Of a DNA stretch of 18,864 nucleotides, positions 17,596 to 18,864 are shown in pieces. The notes under the pieces are model-generated. The model had not been told where the DNA came from. It was given only the letters and a program-made list of their open reading frames with translations, and made no database searches. Origin of the DNA: a virus (Duplodnaviria; Heunggongvirae; Uroviricota; Caudoviricetes); IMG/VR virus record IMGVR_UViG_2693429676_000005; one strand, 5' to 3'. Position 1 is the stretch's first letter. Every line of letters begins with the position of its first letter. The translations under genes and the position numbers were made by a program.

Positions 17596-18522
17596 TTATA
17601 CCTGCGATACGTTATACCATGTTCCGTTAATTAACTTTTGTATTGGTCTGAATACTGCCGGATCATCACCATCGACTTCACCGATAATACCAAGCCCCGT
17701 GATTACATGGCCTGATTTTTCATACATCACGCCTTTCTTCATGGTCTAAACAACTCGTGTGCCAAGTCTGACATCTCTCACATAGCGGGAATCAAAGTTA
17801 CCGTAATCCGAGGGATTAACACGTCCCGTAATATTTATGGTTTTATTACTTTGAATGCTTCCGGAGACAAAGCGCATAACATGGACGTTATTAGCATAAA
17901 CATCCAGATTACCATCGCCTTTTTGTTTAAAGCCCGTGTCATTATCACCCAATACAATCGAATTACCGCCAAGAGCACTGGATGTTCCGATACCCAGTGC
18001 ACCATTCAGTTGACCACCAGATAACGGCAGTGCACCAACATCTCCTGCTGAAGGTTTTCTGGTGGTGTAAAATTCGGACCAGTCGGCTTCAAAACCATAA
18101 CCATCACGGGCTGAACGATAAAAAATACCGCCATTTTTATAATTAATCCGAAACTGAGCTGCAGGACAACTTCCTTCTCCCATATAAAAATGAATAATTA
18201 ACGTTGATGCACCACTAATAGTTGCGTTATAGGCTCCGCTACTCCAGTTCCATCCAACTGCTTTATCATTCGCAACGGTGCTTCCTGTTTTCCCTAAGGC
18301 AAACGCACCAACATGACTTGCTTTTAATGTGATATCGGAGGAACCATCAAAAGCCACATTGCTTATTTTCCTGGCAGTTTTTAATTTTGCAGCTGTAGAA
18401 GCATTGCCGGATAGTTCACCAGAAAGGCCACCGCTGAATGTTTGTCGATTAGTCCAGGTATTCGCTGTACTGAGTAACGGTATTTTCTCCCCGCTTGTGC
18501 CGAGTTCTCGTAAACCGAGGTT
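17596..18522 (-). pseudogene. stf: alternative tail fibre variable C-terminus (Sv'), no own start codon, interrupted by in-frame TAG at 17746-17748
   Basis: - strand frame is open from just inside the right crossover site (NLGLRELGTSGEKIPLLSTANTWTNRQTF...) with no ATG. Contains [21 protein letters not shown], paralogous to Stf [21 protein letters not shown]. After the TAG the same frame continues for 48 codons ending [18 protein letters not shown], paralogous to the Stf C-terminus [18 protein letters not shown]. Confidence 0.75.
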
Positions 18523-18530
18523 TTAGATAA
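18505..18530. other. right crossover site for invertase (gix/pix-like, 26 bp)
   Basis: TTCTCGTAAACC GA GGTTTTAGATAA, close to the recalled Mu gix sequence TTCCTGTAAACCGAGGTTTTGGATAA. Lies directly upstream of the invertase gene, as in Mu, P1 and e14. Confidence 0.75.
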
Positions 18531-18584
18531 TGGCGGTTTCTGGCCTGCATGGCATGATTTGTGCTTTTGGACGGGAGATTCAGC

Positions 18585-18864
18585 GTGCTGATTGGCTATG
18601 TAAGGGTATCAACAAATGACCAGAATACAGACCTGCAACGAAACGCTCTTGTTTGTGCAGGATATGAACAAATATTTGAAGATAAATTAAGCGGAACAAG
18701 GACAGGCCGACCTGGATTAAAACGTGCTTTAAAGCGCCTTCAAAAAGGTGACGCACTGGTTGTCTGAAAACTGGACTGACTGGGTCACTGTATGCGGCAT
18801 CTTGTCGTGCTGGTGGTGGAAGCCTAGAAAAAGTATCGGGTGTTGCTGAACCGTGTTGATACAT
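18585..18864 (+). pseudogene. pin: Pin/Gin/Hin-family serine DNA invertase, 5' part; in-frame stops after codon 60; 3' end beyond window
   Basis: From GTG 18585: (M)LIGYVRVSTNDQNTDLQRNALVCAGYEQIFEDKLSGTRTGRPGLKRALKRLQKGDALVV, near-identical to recalled Pin/Gin N-termini including the catalytic Ser in VRVSTNDQ. TGA then replaces the conserved W of VVWKLDRLGR (18765-18767), with a second TGA (18777-18779) and a TAG (18825-18827) in the same frame. Confidence 0.8.

Noticed and set aside
18561-18584. Upstream ATG at 18561 as the invertase start (ORF-track call MLLDGRFSVLIGYV)
   Set aside because: Pin/Gin/Hin proteins begin MLIGYVRVS, so the GTG at 18585 fits the family N-terminus better. The upstream ATG cannot be excluded.
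1-18864. CRISPR arrays, tRNA or rRNA genes, IS elements or integrase
   Set aside because: No short regularly spaced direct repeats, no tRNA-like structures, and no transposase- or integrase-like ORFs. The only site-specific recombinase is the invertase at the right edge.

Overview
This window is the tail-morphogenesis (late) region of a lambda-like prophage with enterobacterial (E. coli/Shigella-type) sequence character. The + strand carries, in lambda order, the 3' end of FII, then Z, U, V, G/T (with the conserved -1 frameshift site), H (tape measure), M, L, K, I, J, lom, stf and tfa. At the right end is a Mu G-segment / e14 P-segment type invertible tail-fibre cassette: the variable part of stf plus tfa on the + strand, an inverted tfa' plus an alternative fibre C-terminus on the - strand, 26-bp gix/pix-like inverted crossover sites at 15589-15614 and 18505-18530, and a Pin/Gin-family serine invertase gene starting at 18585. 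The structural genes Z to I read cleanly, but the host-range module is damaged: J has an in-frame TGA and a frameshift, the alternative fibre tip has an in-frame TAG, and the invertase has several in-frame stops. The window is also a scaffold with N joins (5115-5135, 10636, 12015-12018) that appear to interleave two alleles of the J 3' end and lom 5' end, so the apparent J duplication is probably an assembly artefact. The I-J gap carries a roughly 340-bp AT-rich non-coding insert with a near-consensus sigma70 promoter and an intrinsic terminator on the - strand, which I propose as a candidate small RNA. All homology statements are from my recollection of lambda, Mu and Pin protein sequences; no database search was run.
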